A DNA stretch of 63,489 nucleotides, filler included, from Octopus bimaculoides (taxonomy: Eukaryota): NCBI RefSeq assembly GCF_001194135.2. It is 4 parts of 4 records of this genome, joined end to end, with 100 filler letters (N's around TTAATTAATTAA, not from the genome) between each part and the next. Parts side by side here need not be neighbours in the genome. Positions count along the whole stretch, not along the records: positions 50,430 to 61,048 come from NC_068990.1; positions 61,149 to 63,489 come from NW_026346845.1; 2 more parts are not named here. One strand, 5' to 3'. How positions within the stretch are numbered: the stretch's first letter is position 1; every line of letters begins with the position of its first letter. Under the pieces are notes generated by a model. It worked only from the letters and a program-made list of their open reading frames with translations, was not told the origin of the DNA and did no database searches. Position numbers and translations under genes: made by a program. Positions 51,972-63,489 of the stretch are shown here, piece by piece.

Positions 51972-54240
51972 NNNNNNNNNNNNNNNNNNNNNNNNNNNNN
52001 NNNNNNNNNNNNNNNNNNNNNNNNNNNNNNNNNNNNNNNNNNNNNNNNNNNNNNNNNNNNNNNNNNNNNNNNNNNNNNNNNNNNNNNNNNNNNNNNNNNN
52101 NNNNNNNNNNNNNNNNNNNNNNNNNNNNNNNNNNNNNNNNNNNNNNNNNNNNNNNNNNNNNNNNNNNNNNNNNNNNNNNNNNNNNNNNNNNNNNNNNNNN
52201 NNNNNNNNNNNNNNNNNNNNNNNNNNNNNNNNNNNNNNNNNNNNNNNNNNNNNNNNNNNNNNNNNNNNNNNNNNNNNNNNNNNNNNNNNNNNNNNNNNNN
52301 NNNNNNNNNNNNNNNNNNNNNNNNNNNNNNNNNNNNNNNNNNNNNNNNNNNNNNNNNNNNNNNNNNNNNNNNNNNNNNNNNNNNNNNNNNNNNNNNNNNN
52401 NNNNNNNNNNNNNNNNNNNNNNNNNNNNNNNNNNNNNNNNNNNNNNNNNNNNNNNNNNNNNNNNNNNATATATATATATATATATATGCATATATATTTA
52501 TGCAAACACGTAAATATTCACTTAGGCAAGTGCGCAAATACAAATGTAAAACACACACACATATTTATATACACAATACAAACATATACATACGCACACG
52601 CATACAGAGTTATACGAAAACATTCTTAAATACATACATAAAAATGAACAAGTATATATTTACAAGAGTGTACACAACTAGAGATATATGAAGAATTCTT
52701 CTCCCTTGCGCAATGCAAGAACTTAATCCAACTTTAAAGTACTCGTGATAAATTTTTGATATTTTTTACCTTTTACATGGAAGAAAATTTCGACATCGTT
52801 TCTAAATAGTAACCCGATTTTTCAGATACTTTCTGCGAATTCTTTAAATCTGTTGTAATAAAAATATCATCAGAAAGAAAAAAGGAGGATATAGATTCAT
52901 TTCGCGAAAAATATATTCTGTACATTGAGCAGCAAAGCCAGCTATTTCACTAGTAAGAATGGAAGCTGCGTATAATGAATAGAAATGCTCATATCATCTC
53001 TTTTTATCTTCTTTGTTACTTATTCTTGGGACGGTCGTGGAGGCAGAGTTCTCAATCATGCCTTGCTTAGGGTCATGCCGGAAGCAACTGTCTCCAGTTG
53101 ATCCCAAACCGAGACCAAACAAGTTCATGGATGTTATTTCAACCATTAACATTTCTACTTGATACGACTTCCAGCCTGGATTCGCATGCCAATCCATAAT
53201 TTTTACCGACAGGATTGACATGCGCAGCCGGGTTGGACGTGGTAGCGTGTAGAAATATTAACGGATAAAATGTCTTTACTATAATGAAGAAAGCTGCTAA
53301 TTAATTGGTTGGGAGTATGTAAGTATTATTCACTCCCAACCCAAAGAGGCAATTATTGAAATCTACGTTGTTAGAAAAATACTTAAAATTCCGGTTTTAC
53401 TATATTTTCAAATTAAAAATATGGTCTTTTAGTTTCTGTTATTGAACATTTCAAATACAGAAATTTAATTTTCACTGCAAGAAAGCATTTTGTAAAACTG
53501 ATGATGAAGTCCCCAACTTTTGTTGCTTCTTTCTCTTACTTGTATACTTCATTGCGCTACTTTCTACAGACATAATTAAGAACGTTTCCTTCCAATTATA
53601 AGTTTAAACTAGCGTTAGCTGAACTATGCTTGATTCCAGTATCCTTTCGTATTTGTTTTGTTGTCTTTAAAGTAGTAGAAATTGAGAATGAAAAGTGGTT
53701 TTAATTTACTTGTATATAGAAAAGCTTAATAAAATGTACAAAATCAAATAAGACAAAACAGAACACAGTGAACAAGGTATTTAAATGTTTATTTAAATAA
53801 GTAGGACGGTCTTCGCTCTGAACAAGAAATATACAGAAAGAAAATTTCAATTAAATAATCTTTGAAAATTAAGTTAAAGATTTAATTACTGGTAATTAAA
53901 AGAACGTTGTTATCTGCCGAATATTCGCTAGAAAATGTGAAGGAGCTCTGAAAATATGAGAATAATGTGGTTTTTATAACATCAAACTGAGTCGCAGAAG
54001 AGGTAATCTATGATGCATATCAAGACTAAGTGCGAAGTAATATTAACCACAGTCACGTGATACGCAGATACAAATGGTCACTAGAAGCCATTTTTATACA
54101 AAATGAAAAGCTAATAAGGCGGTGTTCCAGCATGGCCGCAGTACAATAACTGAAACAAGTAAAAAAGAATACCACATGGTATAACAAGCTGGAGCAACGT
54201 ATTTGAGCCGCGTTTTTTAAATGACAATCACTGTATGTAC

Positions 54241-54271
<31 letters not shown>

Positions 54272-54290
54272 TCAAAATATACTGCTGTTC

Positions 54291-55210
54291 TAGTTTTTCT
54301 TCTCATTCTCTTCCTTATCTTTCTTCTCCTCCGTACTTTCATTGTTTGGCTTTAACTTTTCCAAGGTGCATCTCGTCCGTCGAGCGCGTCGGCCGCCTGT
54401 CCCAGCGTCTCCTAGTGTGCGTAGCACAGACACACACACTCGCATTCGGTATCGCCGCCGAGACGACGGCCTTTCAATAGCAGGTGCGGTTCGCCGGCGG
54501 AGCTCGGCCGCCCGATCGTCTCTCTGCCGCCTAGGGTACGCGGCGGTGACCGGCGGGGCGACTGCCGACCGACCGTCTGCTTTTCTGTCGGCCGCGGTCG
54601 GGGTGCGAGTCTGACGAAACGACCATCCGNNNNNNNNNNNNNNNNNNNNNNNNNNNNNNNNNNNNNNNNNNNNNNNNNNNNNNNNNNNNNNNNNNNNNNN
54701 NNNNNNNNNNNNNNNNNNNNNNNNNNNNNNNNNNNNNNNNNNNNNNNNNNNNNNNNNNNNNNNNNNNNNNNNNNNNNNNNNNNNNNNNNNNNNNNNNNNN
54801 NNNNNNNNNNNNNNNNNNNNNNNNNNNNNNNNNNNNNNNNNNNNNNNNNNNNNNNNNNNNNNNNNNNNNNNNNNNNNNNNNNNNNNNNNNNNNNNNNNNN
54901 NNNNNNNNNNNNNNNNNNNNNNNNNNNNNNNNNNNNNNNNNNNNNNNNNNNNNNNNNNNNNNNNNNNNNNNNNNNNNNNNNNNNNNNNNNNNNNNNNNNN
55001 NNNNNNNNNNNNTTTCTTCTCATTCTCTTCCTTATCTTTCTTCTCCTCCGTACTTTCATTGTTTGGCTTTAACTTTTCCAAGGTGCATCTCGTCCGTCGA
55101 GCGCGTCGGCCGCCTGTCCCAGCGTCTCCTAGTGTGCGTAGCACAGACACACACACTCGCATTCGGTATCGCCGCCGAGACGACGGCCTTTCAATAGCAG
55201 GTGCGGTTCG
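54291..55210. repeat. CpG-rich ~200-bp block duplicated across a gap (54291-~54490 and 55013-~55208)
   Basis: Sequences are identical by eye from TTTCTTCTCATTCTC to GCCGGCGGA, then diverge. Confidence 0.85.
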
Positions 55211-55322
55211 CCGGCGGAACTTCGCCGCCTGACCCTCCTTCGTTTTCTCTTTGCTCCTAATAGCTTCCGATCGCTTGCTGGCTTCCTTCTCGGACGCCGC
55301 TTCCTTCTCGACCTGCATCTGC

Positions 55323-55812
55323 GTACGTTCGTCTGTTCGAACGTACGCACGTATATATGCGAAAGAACGAACGCACGTAGGTGCCTACGCCTGTTTGTTC
55401 GAACATACGCACGTATATATGCGAAAGAACGAACGCACGTAAGTACGTACTTTAGTTTGTTCGAAAGTACGCGCGTATATATGCGAAAGAACGAACGCAC
55501 GTAGGTACGTAAGTTCGTCTATTCGAATGTATACACGTATATATACGAAAGAACGAACGTACGTAGGTGCATACGTTCGTTTGTTCGAACGTACGCACGT
55601 ATATATGCGAAAGAACGAACGCACGTAGGTACGGACTTTCGTTTGTTCGAACGTATACACGTATATATTCGAAAGAACGAACGTACGTAGGTGCATACGT
55701 TCGTTTGTTCGATCGTACGCACGTATATATGCGAAAGAACGAACGCATATAGGTATGTACGTTCGTTTGTTCGAACGTACGCACGTATATATGCGAAAGA
55801 ACGAACGCAAGG
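55323..55812. repeat. 62-bp CpG-rich quasi-palindromic minisatellite, ~8 copies
   Basis: Unit approx. TACGTTCGTTTGTTCGAACGTACGCACGTATATATGCGAAAGAACGAACGCACGTAGGTGCA; the 2-nt shift per 60-nt line gives a period of 62. Confidence 0.9.
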
Positions 55813-56393
55813 ACGCACGTACCGTTAGTTTTCGCCAGGACGGATGTACGTTCACGCGAAACGAACGGACGCACGTACCATTCGTTTTCGCATCAACTTT
55901 ATCGTATCACTACTGCTTAAATCTCTCTGAGAGATTTAGAAATGTGTTTTTTCTAATTTTGGTAACCAGTGAATATATTTCACTGTGATTATATATGTTT
56001 GCGAGAGGTTGACAGACTTCTTCAACCGATGTTGCTGCTGTTACGCCCCTGTAACTTAGCGGTTCGGCAAAAGGGTTCGATAGAATAAGTAGTATTACTC
56101 CGGTTTTTTTAACTTAATTTTTGAAAGCGGTCAGGCTGAGTTTTAGTATACTCGTTCATGAGAGCAGTCGAGTTTATTTCAGATATTCTCATTTAAAAAA
56201 TCATCTCTGGCTAATCATTGAGAGGATGTTGGTGTTGCCTTGACGGCGGTTTAGCTCTCTGAGTGCTCTTGTTATTACTAGTTTAGTTTCTTTGTCAAGG
56301 CTTTTTGTCACACATACTGAGATCTCTTCAGTATCTCTTTAACCTAGCCTTGGCAAAGAAACTAACATAATAATGATAATAATAATAATAATG

Positions 56394-56425
<32 letters not shown>

Positions 56426-56496
56426 GGTAAACACACCAGCATCGGTTGTCCAGCCATGTTGGGGGACAAACACTGATACACAAACATACACACACG

Positions 56497-56549
<53 letters not shown>

Positions 56550-58601
56550 GACGAGTTTCTTTCAGTTTCCGTCTATCCACTCACAAAGCTTTGGTTGGCC
56601 CGAGGCTGGACTGAACCCGGAACCATGTGGCTGGTGGGCAAGCTACTTACCACACAGCCACTCCTGCGCCTACATAGATTCAATATCACAATATGGAAAA
56701 AAATTAATGACAGCAAACATTATAGGAAATGTGACAACATTCGATTTGTCACGTACTTAGCTATGTGAATCTTACGGAAAAAAGTCACGGAAATAGTTCG
56801 AAAGGAAAATATCAAATTTTTTTTGTTCTGGAATTTAAATTGTGTTTATGTTGTTGAAGAGAGAAAAAGAAAGTCAGTCTAAGCACTTTTTAAAATAAAA
56901 TTAAATTTAAAAGAACAAGAGGAAACGAGTTTGAAAACAGAAAAAGGAAACGAAGAGAAATATATGAAGCGGAATAATATACCTTGCACAGGAAGACTAT
57001 GAACTGAAGTGCTTTTAAGTTATGTATGGATTTTTAGTTATTTGTGGAAGTAGTTGAATTATATAACGTTGAGAATTTAGAAAGGTATTGTTATAATTAA
57101 TAACGTAAGAAGTGTATGTTATAAACTGGAATGGCTAAAAATACAAAAAAAGTTTTTCTACGAATTATTACTGTAGGGAATTGAAAAGAAGTTAGGTGTA
57201 AAAACGAATATTAATTCTGCCATTGTTTGCATATTCAAATGCTTATGATTTATAGGAAAATATTTGAAGTGTTAAATCACCGAGATTAATACACGGAAAT
57301 ATTTGAAAACTTTTGTTTTTAATATGCAAAACTAGGAATTGATAAATGTAAAAAAATGTTAAGAAATTATTCTTTTCAAGATTAGATTAAATATAGTTGT
57401 AGAGAAATCTAAAAAGCAGAATTCACTATTGGGTTGATCGATGTGAAAAAATCTTCAGGAAATTGAAAGGAAGAAATAATGGAATAGTGCCACACGTCAT
57501 CAAATATTAAATTGGGAGCGATCAGTGTTGATCAACTTTAAAAATATCAGGAAAATGAAACTAAAATCATAAAAAGAGAACTGACGTCATTTATGTATGA
57601 AATGTTTATAGGGAGAGAAAGGTAATGCGCATCTGATGGAACGTATTTAGAGTGGGCATGTGAATCATCGTTTTGATTCTGGCTGTTCCTCTTGCATGTG
57701 ATGAATTAATAACGGCTTGTCAGATATTAGCACGCATCAGCCAACAATTTGTTGAATTCTATAAACAGAGGTCGAAATTCTTGTTCATTTATTTGATGCA
57801 GGCTTTTACGGAAGAGACACAAGATCGAAACGCTGCGAAGTCTTTATAACTTTTTATCTCAGTGAATCGAATGTGTTGCGAACGCACATCGTCTAAAAGC
57901 AGAAGTTTTTCTCTGCGGACGAAATACAAAAGTAATTAGTACAACTACGTAAAATCATCCGGAACGAATGAGAAATGAATACGTATGGTTATTTTGATTG
58001 TCGCTGTTCACCGTGCACGTAATGAATAATATATGTATGCATGTATGTAAGAAGTGTGTATATTGAAGATAATATTTCTTACTCATTATTTAGCCGGGCA
58101 TCTATTCTGAAAACTAGTGATTATTTGTTGACTTAGTGTTTCCCTACACATCGGTAACAAGTTTCGTTGAAGCATCCGATTGGCTATGATATCTGATAAA
58201 GGTTTCAGATTTTGGCACAACACCAGCAATTTCGGGGGATAGAGCAAGTCAATTACATTCACCGCAGTACTCAATTGGTACTTATTTTATCGAACCCAAA
58301 AGGATGGAATGCAAAATCAACCTCGGCAGAATTTGAACTCAGAATGCAAAAACGGACGAAATACCGTTCTGTATATTGTTCGGCTTGCTAACGATTCTGT
58401 TAGTTCGCTGCCTTAGGTCGCTGACGACGGCCAGTTGTAGAAATGCATCTGACAGGCATACAGGCCACCTTGCTACGATTTTCGTCTACCTCCGATACAT
58501 ATTATGTTTTTATACACAGCACGTCCATAATATTATATTCAGGTAATTGCCGCGGTAATTTTGGATAATTTCATCTAATAATGCCAGTGTTGCATATAAC
58601 G

Positions 58602-58643
<42 letters not shown>

Positions 58644-58709
58644 NNNNNNNNNNNNNNNNNNNNNNNNNNNNNNNNNNNNNNNNNNNNNNNNNNNNNNNNN
58701 NNNNNNNNN

Positions 58710-58742
<33 letters not shown>

Positions 58743-59489
58743 GACACACACACACACAAGACACACGCACATATCGCACAAACATACGCGCGCGCACGCA
58801 CACACACACACACACACACACACAATTTTAGTGGAACCTGTCAGCAACTATGTCACAGATGTGTGGCAAATACAGTGGGTACTATTACTTGCTTCAAGTA
58901 ACATTTCTATGAACGTTGCTATATTCATACATATATTCGTGCGTATAATTATATGCATATATAAATTTGTCTGTGTGTCGGTGTGCGCGCGTGTGTGTGT
59001 GTGTGTGAACGCACACAAATACACACATTTACTCACCCTGATACACGTGCATGTTCACAATTCTCCTTCTGTCTTCGGACAATGCGACTGTCTTTTCCTA
59101 AATAGCAAATCAATTTTGGAGAAAATTCTTGATTCTTGAGATTAACTCCCTATCTTGTTTGGAGTTGGCACCATCAGCTAGCGAGCTATAGGTCTAACTT
59201 TTCTGGGAGCGAAATAATTTCAATAAATGAAGAATTTATAATGCATGATATTTAATATGCAATTATTCACCTTTGTTGTTCAAATACATGCTACTGGGCA
59301 CTTGGAAGTATTTCTATTAGATAATCATCGTATCATTTGTGAGTGTATATAGATATACATAAATACGCACGTACATACATACATACAGACGTATGCGTGT
59401 GTGTGTATAAATATACATACATATATATTGACCGTTGACTGAACACTATTCAATTTTTTTTCTCCGTGTTTTTCTCCTTGTCTCCGTAT

Positions 59490-59526
59490 TCTTTCTGTTG
59501 AAGAGCGTAGCTCGAAACGTCAAAGA
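59490..59526 (+). ncRNA. Minimal hammerhead-like motif with variant core
   Basis: TCTTT CTGTTGA A GAGC GTA GCTC GAAA CGTC AAAGA; perfect stems I and II, but CUGUUGA instead of CUGANGA. Confidence 0.5.
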
Positions 59527-61366
59527 CTTTCCGTATTCCCGAGCGTCATACTAATATATACTTTTGTTATTTACACCACCTGTCCTCGTCTGTTGTTNNN
59601 NNNNNNNNNNNNNNNNNNNNNNNNNNNNNNNNNNNNNNNNNNNNNNNNNNNNNNNNNNNNNNNNNNNNNNNNNNNNNNNNNNNNNNNNNNNNNNNNNNNN
59701 NNNNNNNNNNNNNNNNNNNNNNNNNNNNNNNNNNNNNNNNNNNNNNNNNNNNNNNNNNNNNNNNNNNNNNNNNNNNNNNNNNNNNNNNNNNNNNNNNNNN
59801 NNNNNNNNNNNNNNNNNNNNNNNNNNNNNNNNNNNNNNNNNNNNNNNNNNNNNNNNNNNNNNNNNNNNNNNNNNNNNNNNNNNNNNNNNNNNNNNNNNNN
59901 NNNNNNNNNNNNNNNNNNNNNNNNNNNNNNNNNNNNNNNNNNNNNNNNNNNNNNNNNNNNNNNNNNNNNNNNNNNNNNNNNNNNNNNNNNNNNNNNNNNN
60001 NNNNNNNNNNNNNNNNNNNNNNNNNNNNNNNNNNNNNNNNNNNNNNNNNNNNNNNNNNNNNNNNNNNNNNNNNNNNNNNNNNNNNNNNNNNNNNNNNNNN
60101 NNNNNNNNNNNNNNNNNNNNNNNNNNNNNNNNNNNNNNNNNNNNNNNNNNNNNNNNNNNNNNNNNNNNNNNNNNNNNNNNNNNNNNNNNNNNNNNNNNNN
60201 NNNNNNNNNTATATATATATATATACACCAACGCACAGACGCTCACATATATCAATATAGACTCCTGTATGCATTCATATACACGTATAATCTAAAATGA
60301 ATTAGCGCTTACTTTGCTGATTGCATCTTCAACTTGAAAGAGCTATCAATCCTTCGACCAACCCCTCGAGAGTTAAATACCTTATGTAACCGTTTGCCAT
60401 CCACTTGGCTTTCAATGTAATTATATCTACTGAACTACGACTATGTACGTTTCTGTAATATAAATTGTGGCTTTAGAAAATACATTTATTTGTGTTCTTT
60501 AATTCATCTCCTTCATTCCATTACACTAATTAAATTCTCTTCTGACAGTATTGCTAGTTATCGCATATTAACTATCAATATAGTAGTTTGAATAGGAAAC
60601 ACCTCGTACCTCTACCGTCAGGGTATAAGATATCGCTACAATTACGTCCATTGTTTAGACACAGACACACACGCATGCATAAACAAACCGACACATGTAT
60701 GTGATTCAATTTACAGCTGGTTTCAACTCATGAGTGCATAAGATTCAATCATGACAATGAGCTCTCCATTGAATTATCGCATGAAGCGAGGGAGTGTTTC
60801 ACGTATAGCTTATAGTAATTCTTAAGTAGTACAGGTTCCATATGGTGTGACGAAACTGGATTCTTAAATTAGTTGTATTATACATCCAACGTGCTTCTGT
60901 ATGGATTGTGTTTACAAGTACTCAGTTACACTAAGAAATCTTCGGTCAACACGACATTTCTCCACCATGACATGCGACGGAAGAACTATGGCAAACAGAC
61001 TAAACTACGAATAAGGCTGAAGTGAAGGCGGTATATATATATATATATNNNNNNNNNNNNNNNNNNNNNNNNNNNNNNNNNNNNNNNNNNNNTTAATTAA
61101 TTAANNNNNNNNNNNNNNNNNNNNNNNNNNNNNNNNNNNNNNNNNNNNTTGACTTTTCGTGATGCTTTCTCTTCACTTTTGAAATATACTTCTACTGTGG
61201 CAAAACGTTTGCCTCTGGTCACATATTCTATGTCCTGGAGATATTTTTCTATGGCTTCTTTTGTCCAGTTACTAAAACCTTGGTCATTGCTAAGTGAACT
61301 TGAAGGCTCTTCGATTCCATGTTTTGCTTCTACACCTGGAATTTCTTTTGCACTGTGTTAGAGATT

Positions 61367-61600
61367 TCATTCCTGTAGTGGGACCATCAGCATATAGTAG
61401 TTCTTGGGGCAGGCAGTTTTGAAGTCCTCTGTTATGGCCTGCAGGATGATGATGAACGAGATGAGATTGAGAACCGGGCCCTGGTAAATACTTACCTTTA
61501 CACTAAATTTGTCATTGTACTCATGGTGAAACGTCTTGTTATTGACAGTATCCTTGTACATAGCCTGTGCAGATTTCACAAGCTATTTGTCTATCTGTAG
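61367..61600 (-). pseudogene. Non-LTR (RTE-like) reverse transcriptase fragment
   Basis: FSVKVSIYQGPVLNLISFIIILQAITEDFKTACP, then a frameshift to ELLYADG; degenerate QGSVLSP and YADD motifs. Confidence 0.8.
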
Positions 61601-63185
61601 CTTCCTCAAAGACCAACATATATCACAGAATCTGGTCTGTATTATCAACATCACCATTTAATATCTGCCTTCCATGCTGGAAAGGGTTCGACTGTTTGAC
61701 AGGAGCTGTGGTTTTCAAATGAGGTCTATATGACCTTTGGGCGTCTATGAGAGGGTTTGTTGCGAACAATTATGTTAATATATTTGGTTATACTTCTGTG
61801 ACATACAAAACATTTCAACAATTCTTTTTGGCAATTACTAATAAATTTAATGATAAAAATATAATGAATTTTTAAAACATTGATTGGCTGTGAGAGCCCT
61901 CCTGAGTAAAAAAGGAATTAAAGGGGTTCAGAAGTGAGAAATGGTTGAGTAGCACTGGGTTACAGCATGAATAGGGGGATAAACATAGGTGGCTTTCAGT
62001 AGAGTAGGTACATGGTTACCTGAGTTGGAGAGAGAAAATGAAGATCTGACTGGACATGCATTCAAGTGAAAGAGAAGTATATATAAGTGGAATTGATATC
62101 AAAGCCAATATTTTCCTTTTGCTACTTCAATGATTTTTTTCATTTTTACTTTCATGGTTAAAAAATGACTGTTTATACTTATGGGTTTACATGCGGATTT
62201 TTGTTTATTTTATATCCTTGTAGATGTTGGATATGCAAATTTTACAAAGCGGAGATTGACTCAACTGTCTCCACACGATCTTCCTACAACTNNNNNNNNN
62301 NNNNNNNNNNNNNNNNNNNNNNNNNNNNNNNNNNNNNNNNNNNNNNNNNNNNNNNNNNNNNNNNNNNNNNNNNNNNNNNNNNNNNNNNNNNNNNNNNNNN
62401 NNNNNNNNNNNNNNNNNNNNNNNNNNNNNNNNNNNNNNNNNNNNNNNNNNNNNNNNNNNNNNNNNNNNNNNNNNNNNNNNNNNNNNNNNNNNNNNNNNNN
62501 NNNNNNNNNNNNNNNNNNNNNNNNNNNNNNNNNNNNNNNNNNNNNNNNNNNNNNNNNNNNNNNNNNNNNNNNNNNNNNNNNNNNNNNNNNNNNNNNNNNN
62601 NNNNNNNNNNNNNNNNNNNNNNNNNNNNNNNNNNNNNNNNNNNNNNNNNNNNNNNNNNNNNNNNNNNNNNNNNNNNNNNNNNNNNNNNNNNNNNNNNNNN
62701 NNNNNNNNNNNNNNNNNNNNNNNNNNNNNNNNNNNNNNNNNNNNNNNNNNNNNNNNNNNNNNNNNNNNNNNNNNNNNNNNNNNNNNNNNNNNNNNNNNNN
62801 NNNNNNNNNNNNNNNNNNNNNNNNNNNNNNNNNNNNNNNNNNNNNNNNNNNNNNNNNNNNNNNNNNNNNNNNNNNNNNNNNNNNNNNNNNNNNNNNNNNN
62901 NNNNNNNNNNNNNNNNNNNNNNNNNNNNNNNNNNNNNNNNNNNNNNNNNNNNNNNNNNNNNNNNNNNNNNNNNNNNNNNNNNNNNNNNNNNNNNNNNNNN
63001 NNNNNNNNNNNNNNNNNNNNNNNNNNNNNNNNNNNNNNNNNNNNNNNNNNNNNNNNNNNNNNNNNNNNNNNNNNNNNNNNNNNNNNNNNNNNNNNNNNNN
63101 NNNNNNNNNNNNNNNNNNNNNNNNNNNNNNNNNNNNNNNNNNNNNNNNNNNNNNNNNNNNNNNNNNNNNNNNNNNNNNTGTCTGT

Positions 63186-63277
63186 AAATATATGTTCGTC
63201 TGTCTCTATGTTTCAACTGTCTCTATATGTTTCGTATGTCTCTATATGTTTCGACTCTGTATATGTTTCGTCTCTAT
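63186..63277. repeat. Short ~18-19-bp tandem repeat (TCTATATGTTTCG…)
   Basis: About 5 degenerate units. Confidence 0.7.
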
Positions 63278-63489
63278 GGATAGAAAGAAATAGACCTGGA
63301 TATTATGCAAATGTTGCAAAAGCTGTTTTTACCTTAACTGGTCCTGCATTCAATGTTTTGTCGTTCTATCTTTTAAAAATACGAACAAAATTTTTGCTAA
63401 GACTTTCCCAGATCGTAGTTACATGAATAAATAAATTATTCACCACATTATTCAATAATTGGGGCTAATCGCACCTCTTGTTGAATAAT

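Noticed and set aside
54290-55318. 342-aa charged minus-strand ORF
   Set aside because: Spans a gap and a duplicated GC-rich block, which lacks stops because of its composition; no recognisable domain.
55323-55812. CRISPR-like array
   Set aside because: Units are contiguous tandem repeats without unique spacers, in a eukaryotic context.
57795-57845. Degenerate hammerhead-like traces (also ~7730-7760 and ~20735-20775)
   Set aside because: Core too mutated to call without a family consensus.

Overview
Repeat-saturated, gappy (many N runs) AT-rich animal genomic DNA. The SINE/LINE families look like those I recall from Octopus (inference, not verified). Two protein-coding genes are recognisable. 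(1) The 5' ~60% of the mitochondrial RNA helicase gene SUPV3L1/SUV3 on + (33023-46341): nine visible exons with consistent phases and a GC-AG first intron; the Walker-A exon probably lies in a gap and the 3' exons are not visible. (2) An intact 59-aa single-exon SMIM30/MAVI1-like membrane microprotein on - (30939-31118), head-to-head with SUPV3L1 and missed by the >=60-aa ORF track. A third, unidentified spliced locus may lie at 22.7-30.5 kb (+). The rest is tRNA-derived SINEs (at least four families, one a dimer), RTE-type LINE remnants, Tc1/mariner relics, hAT MITEs, microsatellites, a CpG-rich 62-bp palindromic minisatellite, and fold-back elements carrying minimal hammerhead-ribozyme-like motifs of the kind described in Penelope-like elements. 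Three TTAATTAATTAA islands in 100-bp gaps are artificial linkers. All comparisons to human or insect proteins are from memory and need alignment.
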